Shown here piece by piece: positions 47,461 through 60,201 of a stretch of 64,000 bases of DNA. The stretch is taken from the NCBI GenBank assembly GCA_017502125.1, contig JAFVVN010000039.1:11505-75504 (forward strand), read 5' to 3'. A program made the translations under genes and the position numbers. Origin of the DNA: Bacteroidales bacterium (GTDB lineage: Bacteria; Bacteroidota; Bacteroidia; Bacteroidales; UBA932). Positions within the stretch are counted from its first letter, which is position 1. Every line of letters begins with the position of its first letter. The notes below the pieces were generated by a model. The model ran no database searches and was not told the DNA's origin. It saw only the letters and a program-made list of their open reading frames with translations.

Positions 47461-49551
47461 ATGAAGAAACAAATCTACACACTGATGGCCCTCACAGGCC
47501 TGCTCCTTTCTTGTGCGAAGGAGATTCAGGATGTGGCCCCGGAGATGACTCAGGAGCAGCAGACTCTGATGACGAAGCTTGTGGGCGGGACTCAGGGAGA
47601 ACTCGTGCCGGGAAGCGTACTCGTGAAGATGTCTGAGGATGCTGCCGCCAGGCTGAACGCCGGTGACAAGGGAATGTTTGCTGGGATTGAGGGGATATCC
47701 GTCATTCCTGCGCTTCCTGTCCAGCCGAAAAACATGGATGTGGCAAGGAAATACGGGCTTCACAGATGGTTCACCGTGGAGTTCGATAGACAGATGCCAC
47801 ACGAGAAGATGGCTGCAGGACTTGCTGCTATGCCTGAGGTCAGGGCAGTGCAGTATGACAGATATCTCGAACCCGTAAGGTCGGAGATGGCAGTTCCATT
47901 CATGCCATCCACCAGAAGTGCGGACGGAGTGGTTCCGAAAGACCACACCTTCAACGACCCCTACCTGCACAATCAGTGGAATCTGATCAACGACGGAACC
48001 ATCACGGAGGATGCGGTGGAGGGTGCTGACGTGGGAGTGAAGGACGCATGGAAACTGACCGGAGGCGACCCGAGCGTGGTGGTTGCAGTGTTCGACTGCG
48101 CTGTGAACAGCATGCATGAGGACCTGAAGGACGCCCTCTGGGTGAACCAGAAGGAAGTGGACGGTGAGACAGGAAAGGACGACGACGGCAACGGATTCAT
48201 CGACGATAAATACGGGTTCAATTTCGTGGGATGCTTCAGACTGGGAGAGGACTATGTCAATGACAGACTTGACGGCAAGCCGGCAACAGGAGCTGTACAG
48301 GGTGAACTTCTCAACTGGGCGGCAGGAAGCGGACACGGCACCCATGTGGCCGGAATCATCGGAGCCACCAACAACAACGGCAAGGGAGTCAGTTCCATTG
48401 CCGGAGGCACAGGAAAGGGTGACGGAGTGCGTCTGATGACATGCCAGATCTTCGAGGGAAGCAAGACCACAAGCGATGCCCAGAGCGCTGCCGCGTTCAT
48501 CTATGCCGCAGACAACGGAGCCTGCATAGCCCAGTGCTCGTATGGTACTTCCGCCATAATCACTGAAGATGACACATACCTCAACGGTAACGGGAAAGAC
48601 GACAGATATGAGAAGATTGACGGTTCTCCGCTGGAGAATGCAGCCCTGAGATATTTCCTCGACCCTGCCAACAGCAATCACGAATCCCTTAAGGGAAATA
48701 TGGCAATCTTCGCGGCTGGAAACCACGGAAACCCATATTCAAGCTACCCTGGAGCACTTCCATACGTGATTTCAGTGACTGCATTCGGCGTGGACTACCT
48801 TCCTGGAGGATACACCAACTATGGTCCTGGATGCAAGATCGCCGCTCCCGGAGGAGAGTTCTGGAATGCCGATGACAGGAAAAGGGCTGTCCTATCGACT
48901 GGAGTTTCAAATGCCGCTCAGGGCTCACCTGGAGTCATCAACACAGCAGGTCGTGAGGACGGACAATATGTCTTCATGCAGGGAACATCTATGGCCTGCC
49001 CTCATGTGTCCGGAGTCGTTGCCCTCGGCCTTTCATATGCAAAGAAGCTCGGCAAGACATTCACGCGTGAAGAATTCACATCACTGCTCCTGACATCGGT
49101 GAACGACATTGACGGATTCTGCTCAGGGACAAAGGAATACCAAGGTCAGACCATCTCGCTGGACCAGTATAAGGGCCAGCTTGGAACAGGTGCAGTGGAT
49201 GCATGGAAGTTCCTCATGGCCATCGAGGGCACTCCTTCTGTCATGGTGAAGTCCGGTGAAAAGGCGGTCATAGACCTTTCGGAGTGGCTCGGCGGCAGTG
49301 CTAAGAACATGAAATACACTCTCAGCATGGACGAGCAGACCAAGACCTCTCTCGGACTCACTGCCGACCCTGTACTCAAGGACGGAAAACTGGAACTGAC
49401 CTGCACAAAGGTGGGAGCGGGCAAGATGACTCTCAGTTCTGCCGTCGGCAAGGACACCTCGATGGAGAACGGAATCGGAGAGATGGGATTCTCCCGTGAG
49501 ATATCCATTGTCTCCCGACCATATGCAGCCGCCAACGGAGGCTGGTTCTGA
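47461..49551 (+). CDS. S8 subtilisin-like serine peptidase, lipoprotein
   Basis: LLLSC lipobox; VAVFD, HGTHVAG, FAAGN, GTSMACPHVSG. Confidence 0.93.
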   Translation: MKKQIYTLMALTGLLLSCAKEIQDVAPEMTQEQQTLMTKLVGGTQGELVPGSVLVKMSEDAAARLNAGDKGMFAGIEGISVIPALPVQPKNMDVARKYGLHRWFTVEFDRQMPHEKMAAGLAAMPEVRAVQYDRYLEPVRSEMAVPFMPSTRSADGVVPKDHTFNDPYLHNQWNLINDGTITEDAVEGADVGVKDAWKLTGGDPSVVVAVFDCAVNSMHEDLKDALWVNQKEVDGETGKDDDGNGFIDDKYGFNFVGCFRLGEDYVNDRLDGKPATGAVQGELLNWAAGSGHGTHVAGIIGATNNNGKGVSSIAGGTGKGDGVRLMTCQIFEGSKTTSDAQSAAAFIYAADNGACIAQCSYGTSAIITEDDTYLNGNGKDDRYEKIDGSPLENAALRYFLDPANSNHESLKGNMAIFAAGNHGNPYSSYPGALPYVISVTAFGVDYLPGGYTNYGPGCKIAAPGGEFWNADDRKRAVLSTGVSNAAQGSPGVINTAGREDGQYVFMQGTSMACPHVSGVVALGLSYAKKLGKTFTREEFTSLLLTSVNDIDGFCSGTKEYQGQTISLDQYKGQLGTGAVDAWKFLMAIEGTPSVMVKSGEKAVIDLSEWLGGSAKNMKYTLSMDEQTKTSLGLTADPVLKDGKLELTCTKVGAGKMTLSSAVGKDTSMENGIGEMGFSREISIVSRPYAAANGGWF

Positions 49552-49612
49552 TGCCGGTGACTCAGGAATCGGATGCAGAACATACTGAATCGACATCTAT
49601 AACGAGAAAGAT

Positions 49613-50077
49613 ATGAAGAAGATAATATATATACTTACAGCGGCGATATGCCTTCTGACCTCATGCGAGAAGGAGCTCACCCTTGCTGACAAGCTGGTGG
49701 GAGACTGGCACTGCACAGCCACATCGACAGATGCTGAAATATATGTGACATTCACCGCAGAAAAGACCTTCACCCTCTACCAGCAGATCGGAGAAGGGGC
49801 ATTCAGAGTCTATAACGGGACATATGCCCTTGAGACTTCCGCCGTAGCACAGGACGGTGCGGCTCCTCAGGCCATATTGACTGGTAACTATAACGACGGC
49901 ACCCCTTGGGGCGCAGCCTACACAGTCGATTATCAGGGCGACGATATTCTGAAAATGACAGCCGAGGGCATCTCCGAAACCTACAACAGGGTCAGCGGGG
50001 GAATTCCTGAGGAAGTCAAGGCCAGCAGCGTGACAGTGGTCAGGTCGGCAGGGCCGGACACCCTTCCTTTCCTCTGA
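49613..50077 (+). CDS. Lipocalin-like lipoprotein
   Basis: LLTSC lipobox; LVGDW, YVTF..TFTLYQ, YNGTY, GNYNDGTPW. Confidence 0.7.
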   Translation: MKKIIYILTAAICLLTSCEKELTLADKLVGDWHCTATSTDAEIYVTFTAEKTFTLYQQIGEGAFRVYNGTYALETSAVAQDGAAPQAILTGNYNDGTPWGAAYTVDYQGDDILKMTAEGISETYNRVSGGIPEEVKASSVTVVRSAGPDTLPFL

Positions 50078-50146
50078 TTCCTTCACGCCGACAGTTCAGG
50101 TCGCTCAGCTTCGCCTCGCCACGCCAGGCCCCACTACAGCCAAGCA

Positions 50147-50258
50147 CCTGATTCATAACAGCTTACGTTAAATCGCCTGCGTCATTTGGCGCAGGCGATT
50201 TAGCGTAAGCTGCTGACAGATAACTGTTTGCGTATAAGCGGGGTGATACGCGTTATGA
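50147..50258. repeat. Family B element, left direct-repeat copy
   Basis: 112 bp; 9 differences from 52212-52322 by manual alignment; contains a 23-bp stem CAGCTTACGTTAAATCGCCTGCG / CGCAGGCGATTTAGCGTAAGCTG. Confidence 0.92.
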
Positions 50259-50437
50259 GTCACTATGCCACAGGCCTGCAAGCACCGCTGCCCCATACTA
50301 CACAAATCATAGGGTCAGCCCCAAAGTGCAGCGCACTATGCATTCCGCAATAGGGTAACTCATTGTCTCTACGAAAAAATTACGCTATTTTGACCATTAC
50401 GACTAAGATAAAAAGAGTAAAAACGAAAGATTTTATG

Positions 50438-50787
50438 TAAGTTTGCAATTGCTTAGCTAGCCCATTGTGGGTTGGGTGGGTAATAACATAACATAAATAG
50501 ACGTTACTTGACGTTTATCTTCTGGAACTCAAACTTGGCGGTAAGAATTCACAAAAGAAGATACGGCAACGGGAACGTCCATATCAGCGATGAAAATCAT
50601 CCTGCTGCGCCTTCGGCGTGGAGAGTTTGCATATCATCCCTGACGTGGGCTAGCTGCGTTGCTTATCCTTTTGTGAAGGCAGCCAAGGCCTGAGTCCGGG
50701 ATAAGCAAAGTAAGACTCCCACGTCTTTTTTTTATCCGTTCGCATAGGGAGCCGCGAGCAACACTTAACCCAATAAAACAACTTATC
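50438..50787 (+). promoter_or_regulatory. Promoter plus long structured leader with terminator/antiterminator
   Basis: -7 TAAGTTTG 50438-50445; terminator GACGTGGG..TTGCTTATCC / GGATAAGCAA..CCCACGTC followed by T8 (50642-50733); competing pairing of 50548-50579 with 50642-50677. Confidence 0.7.
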
Positions 50788-51360
50788 ATGAAAAGATTTT
50801 TTGCTCTGGCAGCTATTGCTGTAGTTGCAATGACCATGGTCTCATGCGGAACTTATTCTTATCTCGAAGTCGTGGATCACAAGGAAACCTCAGTTCAAGC
50901 TCTTCCATTTACCAACTACAACATCATGACCACTCCGTTCGTGGCAGACCTGAAACTTGTAGATTCAACAATGGTTGAAATTGCCGTCACAGAACCGTTC
51001 CAGGATTATACTGTCACATCAAACCTGATCAAACTGATACCTGATTTCAAGAAGATTGCCCTTGCTGAGGCAGTAAAGGAGCTCAGAGAAAAGAATAAGA
51101 TGGATGTGGATGTTCTTCTGGGAGTTCTTTTTGATGTTGAGACCGTATTTCCTGCTGGAAAGGAAATGCCTGGCCAACTGAAAATCATTGTACGTGGCTA
51201 TCCTGCCAAATACACTAAATTCAGAACAGCGACTAAAGACGACGTAGACCTCATCTGGAAGGCATCAGCTTCTCAGCACTCACAGGAAAAGGAGGGAGTG
51301 ATCGAAGCTCCTGACAGCAGAACAACATTCATGAGGGAAAGCGTACAATACGTAAGATAA
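50788..51360 (+). CDS. Hypothetical lipoprotein
   Basis: MKRFFALAAIAVVAMTMVSC lipobox; no family recognised. Confidence 0.8.
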   Translation: MKRFFALAAIAVVAMTMVSCGTYSYLEVVDHKETSVQALPFTNYNIMTTPFVADLKLVDSTMVEIAVTEPFQDYTVTSNLIKLIPDFKKIALAEAVKELREKNKMDVDVLLGVLFDVETVFPAGKEMPGQLKIIVRGYPAKYTKFRTATKDDVDLIWKASASQHSQEKEGVIEAPDSRTTFMRESVQYVR

Positions 51361-51366
51361 CAATCT

Positions 51367-52167
51367 ATGAAAAAACTATTTATACTCATCACTATTGCTG
51401 CCGGCTGCATATTCTCCGATGCATTCAATGCATATTCCCAGAACAGGAGAGGGGTCGTCACAGCATCTTCAACTGTAATCACAAGGACAAGAATCCAGAA
51501 GGAGCGGAAGAAAATGAATATCAAATGGCAGCATAATATCGATGCTACTATAACCAATCACTATCAGCTCACTTACACGGGAGGATGGCGTTTCGGGAAC
51601 TTCTTTTTCCTTGGTTTCGGTACTGGTCTTCAGGTGTATCCTAACGTATTGCCTTGGGGAGAGAGTGAAACGCACAAGGCCGAATTCTCGGTAATCTCGA
51701 ATTCATACAACGAATCCCTCCTCACTGACATTCCTGAAGGATACTACACCTACGATGATTTGCGTGATAAGTACCACAACCCGTCACGAATTGCCGTTCC
51801 ACTATACCTGCACACGAAGTTCCGCTTCATGAAGACCAGAGTTGCTCCTTTCCTTTCGGCATCAGGCGGCCTGATGTTCAATGGATACCTAAGCTGTGAT
51901 GATAGTCAACGCGGGTATGACTCTTCTTATGGAGACTTCAAATACGACAGATATTACAAAAACGGCGCGGAAGTAGTCTATTATGCCGATATCATGCTTG
52001 GTATAGACATCAGATTCAGGAATGAGTCAAGTCTCACCATCGGAGTCGGACCAATATTCACTGGTCAGGATGACGATTATCCATCAATCTATTATCTGAT
52101 GGAAGACCTTGACGACGGAACAGCAAAACGAGCTAGTGCAGGTATCAGATTAGGATATTCGTTCTAG
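51367..52167 (+). CDS. Putative outer-membrane beta-barrel protein
   Basis: Signal peptide; GWRFGNFFFLGFGTG, VPLYLHTKFRF..APFLS..GG, C-terminal beta-signal GIRLGYSF. Confidence 0.75.
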   Translation: MKKLFILITIAAGCIFSDAFNAYSQNRRGVVTASSTVITRTRIQKERKKMNIKWQHNIDATITNHYQLTYTGGWRFGNFFFLGFGTGLQVYPNVLPWGESETHKAEFSVISNSYNESLLTDIPEGYYTYDDLRDKYHNPSRIAVPLYLHTKFRFMKTRVAPFLSASGGLMFNGYLSCDDSQRGYDSSYGDFKYDRYYKNGAEVVYYADIMLGIDIRFRNESSLTIGVGPIFTGQDDDYPSIYYLMEDLDDGTAKRASAGIRLGYSF

Positions 52168-52211
52168 ATCGCTATGTCTCGGCTGCACACCAGCTGCGAG
52201 GCAACCAAAAG

Positions 52212-52322
52212 CCTGATTCATAGCAGCTTACGCTAAATCGCCTGCGTCATTTGGCGCAGGCGATTTAGTGTATATTGCTGACAGATAACTGTTTGCGTAT
52301 AGCGGGGTGATGCGAGTTATGA
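52212..52322. repeat. Family B element, right direct-repeat copy
   Basis: 111 bp, same orientation as 50147-50258. Confidence 0.92.
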
Positions 52323-52342
52323 CAACTAACGAGATGCACACT

Positions 52343-53176
52343 CTATGGTTTGCGGAGACTGAATTCGCAGCCACAGTAGAGCTGGTTGTAGAAGTTATAT
52401 TCCTTTATGATTTGAAGGCGGCGCTCCTGAAGGCCGCCTTTTTTCCAGTTATATGGCCAGTAAACAGGGGTCCGGATTTCTCCATCGCCTGTTTCGTCCA
52501 CGGGAAGGGGACATTCAGCAGGAATAGAGGGGGATTCGTGAGGGGTGTCCATGAAAAGAAGGTATTCAGCAGGGATAGGGGCGGATTCGTGAGGGATGTC
52601 CACGAGAAGGGGGTGCTCGGTGGAGAGAGGGGCGGATTCGTGGAGAGTGTCCACAGAAACCGGGTGCTCGGCAGGGATAGGGGTGCCTGCGGGAAGGGGG
52701 TGAGTGGTGGAGAAATGGCGGTCGGCGATCTGACTGCATGCCCATTGGCCGGCTTCGTTGATCTGGTCGAGGGACTTCCAGCGGGAGGATGCGAGGGTGC
52801 TGGTGATTACCCTGAAACCATGGGCTGCGGCATATTCTGCCGTTCTCAACAGTCTGAGCTTGAAGCATTTGAGGCAGCGCCCTCCCCTTTCCGGTTCGGT
52901 TTCCAGACCCTTGACAGCCTCCAGCCAGTTTTCATGGTCGTAGTCAGCATCGACTATTTCAAGACCGAGGGACTCTGCATACCGCGTGCACTCGTTCTTG
53001 CGGATTTCATATTCCTCGCGGGGATATATGTTCGGATTGCAATAATATATTACAGGAGTGACTCCGTGTTTCATCAGGTGCTCGATGATTGCACTTGAAC
53101 ATGGGGCACAACAGGTGTGGAGAAGAACCTTGGTCTCCCCGTACGGAACCTCGAATATATCCTTCTTCTTTGACAT
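52343..53176 (-). CDS. queH: Epoxyqueuosine reductase QueH with internal repeat insertion
   Basis: LLHTCCAPCS, NPNIYP..EY..R, EPERGGRCLKCF..RL, SSRWK, YNQLYCGCEFS; ATG 53176 follows a -7 element. Confidence 0.93.
   Translation of the reverse strand: MSKKKDIFEVPYGETKVLLHTCCAPCSSAIIEHLMKHGVTPVIYYCNPNIYPREEYEIRKNECTRYAESLGLEIVDADYDHENWLEAVKGLETEPERGGRCLKCFKLRLLRTAEYAAAHGFRVITSTLASSRWKSLDQINEAGQWACSQIADRHFSTTHPLPAGTPIPAEHPVSVDTLHESAPLSTEHPLLVDIPHESAPIPAEYLLFMDTPHESPSIPAECPLPVDETGDGEIRTPVYWPYNWKKGGLQERRLQIIKEYNFYNQLYCGCEFSLRKP
52496..52684. repeat. 51-bp tandem repeat (about 3.7 units) inside queH
   Basis: GTCCA starts at 52496, 52547, 52598, 52649; encodes PIPAEHPVSVDTLHESA / PLSTEHPLLVDIPHESA / PIPAEYLLFMDTPHESP / SIPAECPLPVD. 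Confidence 0.92.
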
Positions 53177-53183
53177 AGGCTCC

Positions 53184-53212
53184 GCAAAGATATGCATTTT
53201 TCGTATCTTTGC
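53184..53212. promoter_or_regulatory. Symmetric bidirectional promoter (queH / NhaC-family gene)
   Basis: GCAAAGATA-N11-TATCTTTGC, a perfect TATCTTTG on each strand. Confidence 0.78.
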
Positions 53213-53231
53213 CTCTGAAAACGAACTGACC

Positions 53232-54584
53232 ATGGGAATAATTCCAAACAGATACATATCTGACCTGACGAAAAGCCTGAAGAAGAAGCAGAAGGAATAT
53301 AATGCGACTCCTATGAGCGGGTGGCTGGCACTCAGTCCTCTACTCGTCTTTCTATGCCTATATCTGGTTTCATCGATAATAGCACAGGATTTCTACAAGA
53401 TCCCCATTTCGGCTGCCTTCCTTCTGGCGTCCATATATGCCATCGCCATATGCAGGGGCAAGAGTCTGGATGAGCGGGTGGCTGTATTCTCCGAGGGAGC
53501 CGGCAACAGGAATGTTCTGCTGATGATATGGATCTTCGTGCTGGCCGGCGCATTCGCATCCACAGCCAAGGAAATCGGAGCCATAGATGCAACCGTCAAC
53601 ATTGCCTTGCACATACTCCCGGGCAGGTTGCTCTATGCGGGACTCTTCATTGCTTCATGCTTCATATCCATGGCCATCGGAACGAGTGTAGGAACGATTG
53701 TGGCTCTGGTTCCGGTGGCTGCAGGAATCGCTCAGGAGATTGAAGTGGGCAACGCCTTCATCACTGCGATAATCGTGGGCGGAGCATTTTTCGGGGATAA
53801 TCTTTCGTTCATCTCTGACACTACGATTGCCGCCACACGCACACAGGAATGCTCCATGTCCGACAAGTTCAAGGTGAACATGAGAATCGTGGGGCCGGCC
53901 GCCCTGGCTGTAACCGTTCTCTATATTTTCCTTGGAAGAACTGTTTCCGTCGTGCCGGAAGCCGGAACCGTGGACTTCGTGCTGCTGATTCCATACCTTT
54001 TGGTCATCATCCTTGCCCTTAGCGGAGTGAGCGTTGCCGCAGTCCTCACGATAGGCATAATAGTGAACGCCGTCATCGGGTTCGCTCAGGGAAGCCTGGA
54101 CTGGAGCGGCTGGCTGGGAAGCATCGGAGGAGGAATCAGCGGGATGGGAGACCTGATAATAGTCACCATGCTGGCAGGCGGAATGCTGGAGATCATCCGG
54201 GAGAACGGAGGTCTGGACTTCATCGTCAAGGCGATGACAAGGCGAATCAGAGGGAAGCGGGGAGCCGAACTCAGCATCGCAGGACTCGTCTCCCTGGCCA
54301 ATCTATGCACTGCGAACAACACCATCGCCATCATCACCACCGGACGCATTGCACGTGACATTACCCGTAAGTTCGAACTTGACCCACGAAAGACAGCCAG
54401 CATCCTGGACACATTCTCCTGCCTGATTCAGGGACTTATCCCATACGGAGCCCAGCTGCTGATGGCAGCCGGGCTCGCCGGAGTGTCCTCCATCTCCATC
54501 ATCGGGCATCTCTACTATCCGTTCGTGATGGGAGCCTTTGCCCTCGGAGCCATTATCCTTAGACTTCCGCGAAGATATTCATAG
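53232..54584 (+). CDS. Na+/H+ antiporter NhaC family transporter (possibly amino-acid uptake)
   Basis: ISMAIGTSVGT, GAFFGDNLSFISDTTIAA, ANNTIAI, ASILD, IPYGAQLL; start ATG 53232. Confidence 0.9.
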   Translation: MGIIPNRYISDLTKSLKKKQKEYNATPMSGWLALSPLLVFLCLYLVSSIIAQDFYKIPISAAFLLASIYAIAICRGKSLDERVAVFSEGAGNRNVLLMIWIFVLAGAFASTAKEIGAIDATVNIALHILPGRLLYAGLFIASCFISMAIGTSVGTIVALVPVAAGIAQEIEVGNAFITAIIVGGAFFGDNLSFISDTTIAATRTQECSMSDKFKVNMRIVGPAALAVTVLYIFLGRTVSVVPEAGTVDFVLLIPYLLVIILALSGVSVAAVLTIGIIVNAVIGFAQGSLDWSGWLGSIGGGISGMGDLIIVTMLAGGMLEIIRENGGLDFIVKAMTRRIRGKRGAELSIAGLVSLANLCTANNTIAIITTGRIARDITRKFELDPRKTASILDTFSCLIQGLIPYGAQLLMAAGLAGVSSISIIGHLYYPFVMGAFALGAIILRLPRRYS

Positions 54585-54606
54585 AAACTGAATTCACATT
54601 TTTTAT

Positions 54607-54614
54607 TATATTTG
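54607..54614 (+). promoter_or_regulatory. -7 element upstream of menA
   Basis: TATATTTG followed by CA, 28 nt before the ATG. Confidence 0.6.
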
Positions 54615-54642
54615 CACGCCTTGACAATCTAAACATAACATT

Positions 54643-55536
54643 ATGAGCAAACATACTTTCGGACAGTGGATAATCGCTGTCAGACCCTGGTCTTTCCCCG
54701 CTTCGGCAATGCCTATCATCGTGACACTCACCTACCTCTTCTGGAAAGGGGCGGAAATCAACTGGCTCTTCGGTCTGTGGGCACTGGTGAACATGATTCT
54801 CTTCCATATAGCAGGCAACGTGTGGAGTGACTACAACGACTTCCGCAAGGGAGTGGACAGAGAGGACACAATCGGAGCCAAGACCCTCACGACAGGCATG
54901 TTCCAGCCTCACGAAATCAGAAACCTCGCAATCGGAGTGCTGATCGTGGCCGTGGCCGGAGGATTGGGACTCGTCGTCCTCACCGGTCTTCCGCTTCTCT
55001 GGATCGGAATTGCAGGAGCCGCACTGACAGTCCTCTATCCTGTCCTCAAATACAATGCTCTCGGAGATCTCGACATCCTCATGACATTCGCATTCCTTCC
55101 GACCCTTGGCACCGCTTATGTGACTACGGGAGCCATCGACTGGAGCGTTCTCTGGATTGCACTTCCTGTGGGTCTGATCACTGACGGCATACTTCATTCC
55201 AACAACACCCGCGACATGATTCCAGACAAGAGAGCGGAAATCAAGACAATGGCGATGGGACTGGGCAAGAAGGCCTCTGCGCGATTCTACTCGTTCGAGG
55301 TGATATTCCCGTTCGTATGGATTGCAGTATGCTCCATCATGGGCCTGATGCCGATATACACCGTGTTTGTATTCCTGACCCTTCCGGTAGCTCTCGGATG
55401 CAGCAGAACCATGATCAAGGCGGTCAACAGCGACTCTGACATCATCGCCGACCTTGACGTAAGGACAGCCAACCTTCAGCTCATGTTCTCCGTCATCCTC
55501 TCGATCACATTCGTAGTTTCCAAGTTAATCGCATAG
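54643..55536 (+). CDS. menA: UbiA-family prenyltransferase, MenA-like
   Basis: RPWSFPAS, GNVWSDYNDFRKGVD, LKYNALGD, HSNNTRD..D..KT. Confidence 0.82.
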   Translation: MSKHTFGQWIIAVRPWSFPASAMPIIVTLTYLFWKGAEINWLFGLWALVNMILFHIAGNVWSDYNDFRKGVDREDTIGAKTLTTGMFQPHEIRNLAIGVLIVAVAGGLGLVVLTGLPLLWIGIAGAALTVLYPVLKYNALGDLDILMTFAFLPTLGTAYVTTGAIDWSVLWIALPVGLITDGILHSNNTRDMIPDKRAEIKTMAMGLGKKASARFYSFEVIFPFVWIAVCSIMGLMPIYTVFVFLTLPVALGCSRTMIKAVNSDSDIIADLDVRTANLQLMFSVILSITFVVSKLIA

Positions 55537-55537
55537 A

Positions 55538-56170
55538 ATGAAGGATATATCATTGAAAAAACCGGCCGTCGGAATCTGTCTGGCGGCCGTTCTTTGGACC
55601 ATAATGTTCTCTCCCTGGACAGCTCCTCATGTGAATTTCTGGGTGATGATGACCTGTTCCGGAGCTGCCCTCACCCTATATTCCACCTGGGCTGCCCCCG
55701 GATGGTGGAAGGACATCAGATTCGACTTATCCAACATGATTCTCGGAGTGCTCTTCGCCGCAGCTCTCTGGGGTGTATTCTGGCTGGGAGAATTCTTTTC
55801 TACACTTATATTCGATTTCGCACGTCCTCAGGTGGACTCCATCTACGGAATGAAGGAAGGAGAGAATCCGGTCATCCTGACTCTGCTGATGCTTCTGATC
55901 ATAGGTCCTGCAGAGGAGATATTCTGGAGGGGATATATCCAGAAACAGCTGTCTCAGAAATGGAACCCGAACGTGGGCTTCATCGTGACCACGCTGGTCT
56001 ACAGCCTCGTGCATATCCCGAAGATGAACTTCATGCTCATCATGGCAGCCGCCGTAGCCGGACTTTTCTGGGGTCTCGCCTATCGCCTTTATCCCGAAAA
56101 ATTCGGCGCAATCCTCATATCTCACGCGATATGGGACTGCGCCGTCTTCATCTGGTTTCCGATAATGTAG
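55538..56170 (+). CDS. CPBP (CAAX/Abi) intramembrane metalloprotease
   Basis: PAEEIFWRG, YSLVH, SHAIWD. Confidence 0.9.
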   Translation: MKDISLKKPAVGICLAAVLWTIMFSPWTAPHVNFWVMMTCSGAALTLYSTWAAPGWWKDIRFDLSNMILGVLFAAALWGVFWLGEFFSTLIFDFARPQVDSIYGMKEGENPVILTLLMLLIIGPAEEIFWRGYIQKQLSQKWNPNVGFIVTTLVYSLVHIPKMNFMLIMAAAVAGLFWGLAYRLYPEKFGAILISHAIWDCAVFIWFPIM

Positions 56171-56203
56171 GCCTGTCTTCTATTCGGACCTTTCTATCCA
56201 TAG

Positions 56204-56317
56204 ACCGTCAGGCGCTAAATCGCTCAAAACTCTGCCTGTCGGTATCAGAAATAAGGCAAATTGATACGCTTTCGGTACCATCAGGCACTAAATCGGCTGA
56301 AACTCTGCCTGTCGGTG

Positions 56318-56320
<3 letters not shown>
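56204..56320. repeat. Two 44-bp palindromic direct repeats, 73-bp period
   Basis: ACCGTCAGGCGCTAAATCGCTCAAAACTCTGCCTGTCGGTATCA (56204) and ACCATCAGGCACTAAATCGGCTGAAACTCTGCCTGTCGGTGTCA (56277). Confidence 0.85.
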
Positions 56321-60180
<3,860 letters not shown>

Positions 60181-60201
60181 GGCTTGTTTATTTATTGATG
60201 A

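Noticed and set aside
50508-50693. 61-aa TTG-start ORF as the leader peptide of the attenuator
   Set aside because: Weak start, no run of regulatory codons; not supportable without ribosome profiling
52496-52684. Possible CRISPR array
   Set aside because: Units are contiguous degenerate tandem copies without unique spacers, lie in frame inside queH, and no cas genes are present
53058-53257. Overlapping 5' ends of queH and the NhaC gene as given by the ORF track
   Set aside because: ATGs at 53176 and 53232 flank a symmetric promoter and remove the overlap
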